Shown: in pieces, positions 1-8,629 of the stretch
Position numbering within the stretch: position 1 is the first letter of the stretch
How the letters are laid out: every line of letters begins with the position of its first letter
Assembly: GCA_964463155.1 (NCBI GenBank)
Contig: CAYXAY010000013.1
Location: forward strand, 1-19,460
Source of the DNA: an uncultured archaeon
Lineage (GTDB): Archaea > Iainarchaeota > Iainarchaeia > Iainarchaeales > CSSED10-239
Direction of reading: 5' to 3'
Length of the DNA: 19,460 nucleotides
Made by a program: the position numbers and the translations under genes
Notes under the pieces: generated by a model
Seen by the model: the letters and a program-made list of their open reading frames with translations, nothing else
The model's database searches: none
Told to the model about the DNA's origin: nothing

Positions 1-224
1 ATAACAGAATAAAAGCAATGAAACGATTTAGAACAAAATCTTATAACAAAAGATCGGTTGCTGAATCAGTAATATCAGCAATTAAGCGAACAACCGGCGG
101 TTTTGTAACCGCAACAAAGCAAGATAACCAGCAAAAGCAGGTTATCCTAAAAGTATTAACCTATAATTTAGAACATTTAAGCAGAAACAAAAATGCAATT
201 TATTTTACAATATTAATATTCTAA
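1..224 (+). mobile_element. IS4/IS5-family DDE transposase, C-terminal fragment. The frame is open to the window start, so the gene is 5'-truncated by the window.
   Basis: No stop lies between nt 3 and the listed ATG at 18, so the ORF continues upstream of the window. YNKRSVAESVISAIK (nt 42-86) fits the Y-(2)-R-(3)-E-(6)-K signature of IS4/IS5 transposases exactly. The tail QKQVILKVLTYNL resembles typical C-termini of this family. Confidence 0.65.
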
Positions 225-246
225 AAGGATTTCTACAGTCCTACAT

Positions 247-936
247 TTACCTATAGTTCCATTCTTTTCCAGGGTCAATAACTACTGGTTGAATGGTATA
301 ACGAGTATTTTCAAATTTGTTCTTTAAGATATGAGGGTCTTGTTTCATATGTGAAAAAGTATTGTAGCTCATTGGTATTAAATACTTTGGTCTAATCTTT
401 TTTGCAACACTAACAGCACTACCAAGATCCATTGTTGTTTTGCCACCAATAGGAAGCACCGCAATGTCTGCTTTAATTTTGTCATGTTCTCTTGTCATTA
501 ATGTGTCTCCTGCAAAATAGATTCGGTTCTTTTTGTTAGCGATAAGATAACTTAAAGGATAAAAAGAAGTTGGGTGATGTGCGGGATAAGCAGTATAGGT
601 AATATCATTAATTGTGCGTGTTGAATATTCGTCCATTGGTATCTTGTAATTGTCAAGACAATCTATCTTGTTTAAAACAGATTGATGAGCAATAATCTTT
701 GGCTTGTTTTTCTTTGCAATAAAATTAGTATTTTCAATATCAAAAGCATCAAAGTGTTCGTGGCTAATCAATATGCAATCAATACTTGGAATCTTGGTTA
801 CAGGAATTGCGCAATCAATAAGTCTTTTGTAGGAACATTTGTCTTTGTTGTCAAAATAAGGGTCTGTAAGTATTGTGGTTCCATTCATATTAATAATAAA
901 TGATGAATGCCCAAGATACCTAATCTTTATCCCCAT
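247..936 (-). CDS. Metallo-beta-lactamase-fold metal-dependent hydrolase (UPF0173-like)
   Basis: The N-terminus IRYLGHSSFIINMNGTTILTDPYF and the motif ILISHEHFDAFD are typical of small archaeal MBL-fold hydrolases. The motif reads HxHxDA rather than the canonical HxHxDH. Confidence 0.7.
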   Translation of the reverse strand: MGIKIRYLGHSSFIINMNGTTILTDPYFDNKDKCSYKRLIDCAIPVTKIPSIDCILISHEHFDAFDIENTNFIAKKNKPKIIAHQSVLNKIDCLDNYKIPMDEYSTRTINDITYTAYPAHHPTSFYPLSYLIANKKNRIYFAGDTLMTREHDKIKADIAVLPIGGKTTMDLGSAVSVAKKIRPKYLIPMSYNTFSHMKQDPHILKNKFENTRYTIQPVVIDPGKEWNYR

Positions 937-1061
937 ATATAGATTAAGTTTAGTAATCTATATAAATTAATATTCTAATAATTTAAATATGCGTGTATTA
1001 TAAATATTTTTGTACAATAATATACAATAATAATATATTAGTAAAAAAGGAAAGAACAAAA

Positions 1062-1868
1062 ATGAATAAGAAATATCTTTTGGTTGGTTTGTTGGTATTG
1101 TTTCTATTAATGCCAGTCTATGCAATATCATTAAAAGATTTTGATATTTCTGTGACTATCTCAAAACCAGAGTCAGCAGTCGTTGTTGAAACCTGGAAGG
1201 TTGACTATAGCACAAGCGCAGAACTTTCAAACTTTAAGACACAGATTCTAAAATCAAGCACAGATTTAAGGGAATTAGAAAAGATTAATCTTGATTTAAA
1301 ACCGCACATTTACATAAATGAAAACAACATAAAAAGCTTTTCAATATCCTTTGACGAAACAAGGGCAATAGTAAGAATGGAATATATTATTACTGACAAT
1401 TGTCTAATAAAATATCTAGACTATCAAGACCAAATAATCTGGAAATTCAATGAAAATCTTTTCAGACAGTTTGTGATAAACGGAGTACTAAATGTTCCAA
1501 AGAACTCAAAAATATCAATAACCTTATATCACCCACTAATCATAGGAGACGTTGTGCCTGTAGCAAGCATCACAGGAAGAACAATGGTATGGAACGGTTT
1601 TTCCTCAAACGAACTAAGGGTTCTTGCAATAGAGAAGAAACCACCAGAGCCAACATTTGTCTTCTTTAATATCTTCACAAAGGATTTTTTGAATAAAACA
1701 TATTTCACTGTGCTTTTCATAATCCTGGTAATTGTTCTAATATTATTGATATTTAGAAACAAGGTAAATTCCGGCATAAAGAAATTTATTACCAAACACT
1801 CAATAATCAAACCAAGAAAGCAGATTAATGAAATTGTTGATGTTGATTTTGTAAGCAAAAAAAAATAA
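1062..1868 (+). CDS. Hypothetical secreted or surface protein with an N-terminal signal peptide and a C-terminal TM anchor
   Basis: MNKKYLLVGLLVLFLLMPVYA looks like a signal peptide. A C-terminal hydrophobic stretch YFTVLFIILVIVLILLIF is followed by a basic tail. I moved the start from the GTG at 993 to the ATG at 1062, which is preceded by aaaaaggaaag. Confidence 0.6.
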   Translation: MNKKYLLVGLLVLFLLMPVYAISLKDFDISVTISKPESAVVVETWKVDYSTSAELSNFKTQILKSSTDLRELEKINLDLKPHIYINENNIKSFSISFDETRAIVRMEYIITDNCLIKYLDYQDQIIWKFNENLFRQFVINGVLNVPKNSKISITLYHPLIIGDVVPVASITGRTMVWNGFSSNELRVLAIEKKPPEPTFVFFNIFTKDFLNKTYFTVLFIILVIVLILLIFRNKVNSGIKKFITKHSIIKPRKQINEIVDVDFVSKKK

Positions 1869-1878
1869 AACGAAAAAT

Positions 1879-3372
1879 ATGAGTTTAAAATTCCAAGAAT
1901 CAGACGCATTGGTCTACGAATACCTAAAATCAAAAACCAATGCAACATTGGAAGACATCCTAAAAGAAATAAACTATAATCAGGATTCAATAAGACGTTC
2001 AATAGAAACATTAAAACAAAACGGGATAATAGAGGAAAAAACAACAACCAATTTCTATTATGGACTAGATACAAACGGAAAAACCGCTCTTGAAAAAGGG
2101 TTTATTGAGGAAATCTTTTGCAATTATCTTGAAAAGAACCAAATTGATATTTCTAATTTAAGTTCAATGACAATTCCGTACCTAAGTAAAGAAGACGCAA
2201 CACTAGCCTTTGGGATAGCGAAAAAAAAAGAACTAATCTCTATTATTGACGGAAAAATAAACCTAAACAAGGACTATAAAAAAATAATTGAAAACCAAAA
2301 AAATATTCTTCTTTTGATTTCTTCAAAAAAAGAAATTAAAGAAAGCCAAGAATTTCAAGAGCTTCTAAAAAGAAAAGATATCATAATCAAAAAAGAAAAG
2401 CAAAACAAGGAATACAAGCTACTGCAAATTATTAGTTATGATGTGCAAGCAGACATGCAACTCTATTTAACTCCAGAACTACTAAAGTCTGGAGACTACA
2501 AGTTAATAGACTTTAAGGAATTTGATGTTACTGCTCTGCCAAGTCCTAAAGAGCTTGGGAGAATACATCCATTAAGGCAAGTAATTTATAGACTAAGGGA
2601 GTTATTCTTAGAAATGGGTTTTAAGGAAATGCAAGGGCCCTATATCGAAACTTGTTTTTGGAACATGGACTCGATGTTTATTTCACAAAACCATCCCGCA
2701 AGAGATATCCAAGACACTTTCTATCTTGATATTTCGGGAGATTTGCCAACAGAAAAAAATATAATCCCTCAGATTGCAGAGATACATAGCACGGGCTGGA
2801 AAACTGGCTCAAAAGGCTATCAATACGACTGGTGTCAAGAAGAGTCCAAAAAACTAATACTTAGAACACACACAACAGCAACAACCTATAGAACTTTCTT
2901 TAACCTAACAACTGAAGAAAAAGAAAACTCAAAATATTTCTGCATCGACAAGGTTTTTAGAAACGAAACAATTGATTACACTCATCTTCCAGAATTCCAT
3001 CAAGCCGAAGGTTTTATCATTGGCGATAACCTAAGTCTTGCTGACCTTTTGGCATTTATAAAAGAATTCTTTTCAAGACTTGGAATAAAAAAAGTAAAGT
3101 TCAAGCCAACCTACAATCCATACACTGAACCAAGCGTTGAAGCAAGCGGTTATCACGAAGCAACAGGGAAATGGTTAGAACTAATAAATGCAGGAGTTTT
3201 TAGACCAGAGTCTCTTGCTGCATACGGAATAGATAAGACCGTAATTGCATGGGGGCTAGGTGTTGAAAGGCTTGCAATGTTAATCTATCAAAAGCCAATA
3301 AAGGAAATACATGGCGATGAAGAAAACATTGATTGGCTAAAGGAATATGTTTTACCAAAAAGAGAATTATAA
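1879..3372 (+). CDS. pheS: Phenylalanine--tRNA ligase alpha subunit (archaeal/eukaryal type)
   Basis: Class II aaRS motifs are present: HPARDIQDTFY, LRTHTTA, FRNE, PEFHQAEG and GLGVERLAM. There is a long N-terminal winged-helix-like extension. The gene is directly followed by pheT. Confidence 0.95.
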   Translation: MSLKFQESDALVYEYLKSKTNATLEDILKEINYNQDSIRRSIETLKQNGIIEEKTTTNFYYGLDTNGKTALEKGFIEEIFCNYLEKNQIDISNLSSMTIPYLSKEDATLAFGIAKKKELISIIDGKINLNKDYKKIIENQKNILLLISSKKEIKESQEFQELLKRKDIIIKKEKQNKEYKLLQIISYDVQADMQLYLTPELLKSGDYKLIDFKEFDVTALPSPKELGRIHPLRQVIYRLRELFLEMGFKEMQGPYIETCFWNMDSMFISQNHPARDIQDTFYLDISGDLPTEKNIIPQIAEIHSTGWKTGSKGYQYDWCQEESKKLILRTHTTATTYRTFFNLTTEEKENSKYFCIDKVFRNETIDYTHLPEFHQAEGFIIGDNLSLADLLAFIKEFFSRLGIKKVKFKPTYNPYTEPSVEASGYHEATGKWLELINAGVFRPESLAAYGIDKTVIAWGLGVERLAMLIYQKPIKEIHGDEENIDWLKEYVLPKREL

Positions 3373-3374
3373 TT

Positions 3375-5048
3375 ATGGCAGCAATAGATTTATACTTTAA
3401 GGATATTTTAAAAGAATTCAAAACAGACATATCCATTTCTCAGTTCGAAGAATTATTATTCAATTATGGTTTTGAACTTGATAACTATAACAAAGACACA
3501 GACGAAATAAAAATAGAAGTTACGGCAGAAAGACCAGATGTTCTTTCAAAGGAAGGGTTATTAAGAGTGTTAAAAGTATATGCCGGAATAAGCAAATGCC
3601 AAAACTATTCCTCAAAAAAACCAACACACACACTAAACATTGATAATTCAGTTAAAGACATAAGACCCTATAGTGTTTGCGCTATAGTTAAAGGGCTAGA
3701 GCTTGACGATGACAAATTAAAACAAATAATCTATGTTCAGGAAAAGCTTCATTTTACTGTTTTTAGAAAAAGGACAATTGGAGCAATAGGAATTTATCCT
3801 CTTGACAAAATAAAATTTCCAATAACTTTTTGCTCAAAAGAGCCAAAAGACATAAGATTTATTCCACTTGGCGAAACAAAGGAAATGACTGCTGAAGAGA
3901 TATTAAAAAACACAGAAGCAGGAAGGGAATTTTCCTATCTTTTGGCTGACAAAAAAAGATATCCAATATTTATTGATAGTGACTCACAGATTCTTTCAAT
4001 GCCTCCAGTTATCAATTCAAATATCACAGGGAAAGTAACAGAATTAACAAAAGCCATATTTATTGAATGTTCAGGAAATGACCTTGTAAAACTAAACCAA
4101 GTTCTAAACATCCTTTGTTGTATGTTTTCAGACTTTGGAGGAGACATCCATTCTCTTGATGTAAATTTTGGAAACCAATATGATAAAAAGCAGATTGTCA
4201 CCCCTGATTTTAATGAGGAAAAAAGACTCGTGACTCTTGCAAACATAAACAGCAGAATCGGTCTAAACCTTGACATTGACACAACTTGTTTGTTTCTTGA
4301 AAAAATGTGTTACAAAACAAAAAAGTATGGCAAAGAAAAAATAGAAGTAACAATCCCAGTGTTTAGAACAGACATACTTCATGAAGTAGACATCATTGAT
4401 GATGTTGCAAGAGCCTACGGCTTTAACAACATACCACTAAAGATGCCAAGAGTGTTTACTGTGGGTTCAAAACTTAAAGATACAATAAAGCAGGACAACA
4501 TAATTCAGACATTATCCCAATGTGGACTAATAGAAGTCAGTCCATTGTCCTTGTCTTCCAAAAAAGAATCTTTTGAAAATTTCAAATTAGAGTTTACAAA
4601 AGACCTAGCAATAGAACTTGGCTATTCAAAAGACAAGACACTTGATATTGTAAGTCCATGGCTTACTCCAAAATTATTAAAGATATTAACAACCAATCAA
4701 CACATGAGCTATCCTCAAAAGATATTCTGTTGTGGGAAAGTTGTTGTCCCAGACAGCAAAAAAGACGTAAGATCAAGAACGGTGCTTCATGCAAGCATTG
4801 CAATAGCAAACCCAAGAGTAAGTTTTACAGAAGTATCAAGCATCTTGGTGTCTTTATGCAACACGCTTGGTTACAAACTAAGTCTTGAAAAAAAAGACTA
4901 TCCGTTCTACATTAAAGGCAGATCAGCAAAAATATTTATAAACAACAAAGAAGCGGGGCACATTGGAGAAACTCACCCAGAGGTCCTAAACAATTTTGAC
5001 TACAATATTCCGGTTGCAAGCTTTGAAATAGATGTTAATGAGCTATAG
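3375..5048 (+). CDS. pheT: Phenylalanine--tRNA ligase beta subunit (archaeal type)
   Basis: AERPDVLSKEGLLRVLKVY and FRTDILHEVDIIDDVARAYGFNNI match conserved archaeal PheT blocks. The ATG at 3375 lies 2 nt after the pheS stop. The listed ATG at 3333 is inside pheS. Confidence 0.9.
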   Translation: MAAIDLYFKDILKEFKTDISISQFEELLFNYGFELDNYNKDTDEIKIEVTAERPDVLSKEGLLRVLKVYAGISKCQNYSSKKPTHTLNIDNSVKDIRPYSVCAIVKGLELDDDKLKQIIYVQEKLHFTVFRKRTIGAIGIYPLDKIKFPITFCSKEPKDIRFIPLGETKEMTAEEILKNTEAGREFSYLLADKKRYPIFIDSDSQILSMPPVINSNITGKVTELTKAIFIECSGNDLVKLNQVLNILCCMFSDFGGDIHSLDVNFGNQYDKKQIVTPDFNEEKRLVTLANINSRIGLNLDIDTTCLFLEKMCYKTKKYGKEKIEVTIPVFRTDILHEVDIIDDVARAYGFNNIPLKMPRVFTVGSKLKDTIKQDNIIQTLSQCGLIEVSPLSLSSKKESFENFKLEFTKDLAIELGYSKDKTLDIVSPWLTPKLLKILTTNQHMSYPQKIFCCGKVVVPDSKKDVRSRTVLHASIAIANPRVSFTEVSSILVSLCNTLGYKLSLEKKDYPFYIKGRSAKIFINNKEAGHIGETHPEVLNNFDYNIPVASFEIDVNEL

Positions 5049-5164
5049 GTGAAATGATTTTTTTCATTTCTTTTGCTTTCTTATATTCTTTGTCCATTTC
5101 TTTTAGATATCTTTTCTTAAGAGAGAAATCAGGATTAGTTATCTCCTTTAAATCAACTGACTTT

Positions 5165-5710
5165 TTATAAAAGAAAGGTATCAACAAGCGAGAACTTTGG
5201 CTTTACATGTTTGTTATCAATTATCTGCTCTTGTATAGTTTTAAGATATAAAGAATACGATAGCAATTCAATAGAGTTTGTGTTCAATTTTATTTTTTCC
5301 GTGGAATAGTGCTTCTTTATGGTCTTTTCAAGTAGTTCTTTTGGCACAACGATTATTGGCAATGTGTTGTTTTTGTGTTTGACATCATAAAAGAATTCTA
5401 AAGACAAGTGTTCTTCAATGCTTGTGATTTTTTGTTTATCAAAATATTCATGAAAATTGGTATCCAAAACAAAATGTGAAATAAAGCCTATTGCAAAGGC
5501 CTTCTCTTATTTTGTCTTTGCAAGTAAAAGCATTCTTTTTCCAAAGGATATTCCTTTCTTGTCCCGTAATATCCTAAACAAACTATGTTGTCTCTTGAAA
5601 TGAATCTTTGAGAAAGAAAAATAATCTGGAAATATTGCCCCAGAATACACACAATTAGAATTATATTTCAAATCCCTAACAAAAAATATGTGTGTTCTTG
5701 CCATTGGCAT
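5165..5710 (-). pseudogene. Zinc-dependent phospholipase-C-like / metal-dependent hydrolase family frame, interrupted by one in-frame TAA at 5507-5509
   Basis: ORFs 5507..5710 and 5165..5467 are in the same frame. The 13 codons between them read EKAFAIGFISHFV without another stop. The joined sequence is MPMARTHIFF...GAIFPDY...FGKRM...AIGFISHFVLDTNFHEYF. This resembles the H / PD / H..D...H pattern of the zinc PLC-like family, and the stop falls inside that pattern. Confidence 0.45.
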
Positions 5711-5739
5711 AATAATCAGAATATTAAAAGAAATAAAAA

Positions 5740-6135
5740 TTATTTTTTTCTAGATATTTTTATAGTTGAACCGGCTTTAAGGTATTCTATATCAGAGCCA
5801 GCAACAAGGTCTGTAAACTCGTCCTTGTCAACTTCATATGTCTGGTAGCTAGCAGTGTCCATTATCTGATACTTGTTTCCAAGGTCTGCAATTACTTGTG
5901 CATTTCCCTTGTCAAGTATTGGTATTTCAACATCTTCTGAACTTGGCTTTAAAAGATTCATTTTCTGTCCAGTAAACACAGCGGTTGCTGTCATTCTAAT
6001 CTTTGCGGCCCCATGCTTTCCGGGCTTTGATTTAGTGATAGAATCTACCTTACAGATTACTCCATTAATCAATATAAACTGTTTTTCCTTAACTTGTCCA
6101 AGTTCCATAAACTTAATATCAAAGTCTCTTACCAT
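5740..6135 (-). CDS. eif5a: Translation initiation factor 5A (aIF5A)
   Basis: It carries the hypusine-site motif SKPGKHGAAK, is about 131 aa long, and has the SH3-like N-domain followed by an OB-like C-domain pattern. Confidence 0.93.
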   Translation of the reverse strand: MVRDFDIKFMELGQVKEKQFILINGVICKVDSITKSKPGKHGAAKIRMTATAVFTGQKMNLLKPSSEDVEIPILDKGNAQVIADLGNKYQIMDTASYQTYEVDKDEFTDLVAGSDIEYLKAGSTIKISRKK

Positions 6136-6265
6136 TGTTTTTCACCATTTTTCTTGTTAAAAAAAGCATTTTTATTATTTAAAACTATATAGTTAGGTAT
6201 AAATATATTTTAAATATGTTTTGTTTAACAAATACTATATTATATCTATATAATTTTATAAAAAA

Positions 6266-6733
6266 ATGATTATAATGCTAAAAATATTCAAATCTATATT
6301 TAAAAAAATACCAAAAGAAAACAATAGAAACAACATAGCTGTTTTTGTTGATGGTCCTAATATTTTAAGAAAAGAATTTAATATTGATATTTTTAAAATC
6401 AAAACACAATTGCAAAGAGACGGGTCATTAAAGATTGCAAGAGTCTATCTTGACCAATACGCAACAGATAAGTTAATTGAAGCAGTTGTTAATCTTGGAT
6501 TTGAGAGTATAATCACTGTCGGCGATGTTGATGTAGCGATGGCAGTGGACGCCACTGAAGCAGCATTTAGTAAAGAGATTGACACAATTGTTTTTATAAC
6601 AAGAGACTCAGATTATCTTCCTGCAATCCTAAAAGCAAAAAGGCAAGGAAAGAAAACAATAGTATATCTTGTTGAAGACGGTTCGGCAGTGGCTTTAAAA
6701 AACACAGTTGACAGAGTAGTTTTTATTAAATAG
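6266..6733 (+). CDS. NYN-domain (LabA/DUF88-like, PIN-like) protein, archaeal TIGR00288-like
   Basis: IAVFVDGPNILRKEF, VDVAMAVDA and FITRDSDYLPAI match the acidic-residue pattern of NYN/LabA ribonuclease-like domains. Confidence 0.65.
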   Translation: MIIMLKIFKSIFKKIPKENNRNNIAVFVDGPNILRKEFNIDIFKIKTQLQRDGSLKIARVYLDQYATDKLIEAVVNLGFESIITVGDVDVAMAVDATEAAFSKEIDTIVFITRDSDYLPAILKAKRQGKKTIVYLVEDGSAVALKNTVDRVVFIK

Positions 6734-6735
6734 TC

Positions 6736-6753
6736 TTTCTTGCAGACAAGAAA
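6736..6753 (+). terminator. Short hairpin directly after the NYN gene stop
   Basis: TTTCTTG-caga-CAAGAAA forms a perfect 7-bp stem with a 4-nt loop. No clear T-run follows, so any terminator function is uncertain. Confidence 0.2.
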
Positions 6754-6786
6754 ACCAAGGAAAAGAATAATTAAAAAAGGAAAAAA

Positions 6787-7287
6787 ATGAATTTGCCAGT
6801 ATTATCTCCAGTGGTAAGAAATGTTCCACTTGATAAGATAGTTTCTGATAAATTATTTTTGGATCTTTACGATAAGAAGTTTGATGGCTACATCTATTTG
6901 ACAATTGATGGCAAATACGGTTTTGAGGAAGCAATACTAATATTATCCAAAGGAAAGATTGAAGGAACAATCTACCTTATAGAGGGGCACGACATAGAAC
7001 TTATGGGAAAAGACGCAATTGGCTTTTGCTTAAATTCCTTTGGAGCAAAGAAAGGAATATTAAACATCTTTGCATTGACAGATGACCAAATAAAATTGGT
7101 TTTGCTTTTCAATGAAAAAATAAAGCACAGTTTTGCAATAAAGACCTCAAAGAACATCTCAATACTAAAGGACGCAAAATACAATGAATTATTGCTTGAT
7201 GAACTATTTAAAGACAGAATAAAAAAAGAAAAAACAACAAAAGAAATCTTAGATGATTTTAATTTAGATGATTTATTAAGGGAATAA
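6787..7287 (+). CDS. Hypothetical protein resembling PATAN/DUF4388- or DUF2226-type domains
   Basis: FDGYIYLTIDGKYGFEEAILILSKGKIEGTIYLIEGHDIELMGKDAIGF follows a pattern I associate with these domains: hydrophobic-G-Y-hydrophobic, then G-x-I, then G-x-x-A-hydrophobic. This is a recognition-level call only. Confidence 0.35.
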   Translation: MNLPVLSPVVRNVPLDKIVSDKLFLDLYDKKFDGYIYLTIDGKYGFEEAILILSKGKIEGTIYLIEGHDIELMGKDAIGFCLNSFGAKKGILNIFALTDDQIKLVLLFNEKIKHSFAIKTSKNISILKDAKYNELLLDELFKDRIKKEKTTKEILDDFNLDDLLRE

Positions 7288-7289
7288 AA

Positions 7290-7736
7290 GTGAAAATAAT
7301 GAGCGCAATATCAAAACTGTTTGCAACGCTATCAACAAAGATACTTAATATAGAGGACAGAAAACAGGAAAACTCAATAGCAACACTATTGATTTACAAA
7401 CCAATATTCATACATTCTTCTGACCTTACTGATTTCTTGCAAAAATTAAGGTTGAAACATTTAATCAATGATATAATCATCACAGACCTAGACGGCGTTG
7501 TTGTAGGAAGCACAAACAAGGACACAAAGGAGGGGTTTAAAAGCGCAGCTCTTTACAATTACATAAATTCAGAGATAAACGAGCTGTCAATAATCCTTAT
7601 CGAAGCAAATGGTTGGCAGATAATTTTAAAAAACGAAGACAAGGTTTATTTCATTAAGGCAAATGATGGCTTGTCAAGACTAGAGGTATTAACAATAGTC
7701 AAGGAAATAGAGAATTTTATAAAATGTATTGTATAA
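7290..7736 (+). CDS. Roadblock/LC7 (MglB-like) domain protein
   Basis: LINDIIITDLDGVVVGSTNKDTKEGFKSAALYNYI matches the core Roadblock/LC7 pattern (hydrophobic strand, D-G, hydrophobic-hydrophobic-x-S, acidic loop, AA). The start is either GTG at 7290 or ATG at 7299. The gap after the upstream gene is 2 nt. Confidence 0.5.
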   Translation: MKIMSAISKLFATLSTKILNIEDRKQENSIATLLIYKPIFIHSSDLTDFLQKLRLKHLINDIIITDLDGVVVGSTNKDTKEGFKSAALYNYINSEINELSIILIEANGWQIILKNEDKVYFIKANDGLSRLEVLTIVKEIENFIKCIV

Positions 7737-7779
7737 CATTATATTTGATTTTTTTAATATATTATAAGTGTGAAAAACA

Positions 7780-8577
7780 ATGGGAGAAATTTTTGCAATA
7801 GTCTCTGGGAAAGGAGGCGTTGGTAAAACTACATTTACAGGAAACCTAGGAATAGCTTTTTCAGAGATGGGATATTCCGTATTATTGATAGATGCAGATC
7901 TAGCAATGGCTAATCTTAGTTTGCTTATGGGTTTAAAGACTCCGCCAATAACTATTCATGATGTTTTATTAGGTTCTGTCCCAGCAACAGACGCCATTTA
8001 TGATTGCGCTAAGGGAGTAAAGATAATCCCAGCAGGTCTTTCAATTTCCTTTTATACAAGGGCAGATGTTGAAAGATTAGTAGCAATAACAAAAGATTTG
8101 CAAAAGAAATTTGACTTTATATTGATAGACTCTCCAGCAGGTATTGAAAAGAACGTAATAGCTGCAATGTCTGCATCCTCTCAAATTCTGTTAATCACTG
8201 AGCCAACTGTTCCATCTGTTGCAGACGCGTTTAAGGCAAAAATTGTTGCCCAAAGACTAAATCAAAGGGTTCTTGGAGTAATAATCAACAAACACAGTGG
8301 CATAAAAGGAGAGATATCTGAGCAAGAAATCATGAAGATGCTTGAGCTTCCATGCTATGGTAAGATTCCATATTCTGATGATATAAGAGAATCATTCCTG
8401 CTTAAGAAAATAAAGCCATTACTGGCACATAATCCAAGTAGTCCTGCAGCAAACTCATTTAGAAGCATCGCAAGAAAGCTAAGTGGGAAAGAGGTTGATG
8501 TTTTAAAGACAGAAAAGAAAGGGCTGTTTGCAGGTTTCTTTCAAGTATTAAGAAGTATATTAAGAAAGAAAAAATAG
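7780..8577 (+). CDS. minD: MinD/ParA-family P-loop ATPase (archaeal MinD type) with a C-terminal amphipathic tail
   Basis: It has the deviant Walker A SGKGGVGKTT and the motifs LLIDADLAMANL and ILIDSPAGIE. The C-terminus is KKGLFAGFFQVLRSILRKKK. Confidence 0.88.
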   Translation: MGEIFAIVSGKGGVGKTTFTGNLGIAFSEMGYSVLLIDADLAMANLSLLMGLKTPPITIHDVLLGSVPATDAIYDCAKGVKIIPAGLSISFYTRADVERLVAITKDLQKKFDFILIDSPAGIEKNVIAAMSASSQILLITEPTVPSVADAFKAKIVAQRLNQRVLGVIINKHSGIKGEISEQEIMKMLELPCYGKIPYSDDIRESFLLKKIKPLLAHNPSSPAANSFRSIARKLSGKEVDVLKTEKKGLFAGFFQVLRSILRKKK

Positions 8578-8629
8578 AAAAGAAAAAAAGGAGAAAAAGA
8601 TTTTTTTAATATATAAAGGAGAAAAAAAT

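Noticed and set aside
993-1061. N-terminal extensions implied by the ORF track: GTG at 993 for the surface protein, ATG at 3333 for pheT, and TTG at 8904 for the membrane protein.
   Set aside because: The 993 extension (MYYKYFCTIIYNNNILV...) runs through AT-rich promoter-like DNA ahead of a clean signal peptide starting at ATG 1062. The ATG at 3333 lies inside pheS, whereas the ATG at 3375 follows the pheS stop by 2 nt. The TTG at 8904 is only 3 codons upstream of the ATG at 8913.
5035-5203. Stand-alone small minus-strand ORF (up to about 50 codons with a TTG start, or 20 codons from ATG 5096) between the pheT end and the PLC-like frame.
   Set aside because: It has no SD-like sequence, is lysine-rich and low-complexity, and overlaps the pheT stop region. 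It is more economically explained as the frameshifted tail of the decaying upstream frame, as noted in that finding, than as an independent gene.
6136-6265. Specific TATA/BRE promoter calls in the divergent AT-rich spacers (937-1061, 6136-6265, 12086-12182).
   Set aside because: TATA-like strings (tataaat, tatatat, ttataaa) occur many times per spacer in DNA this AT-rich. Without transcription start data, no single one can be singled out.
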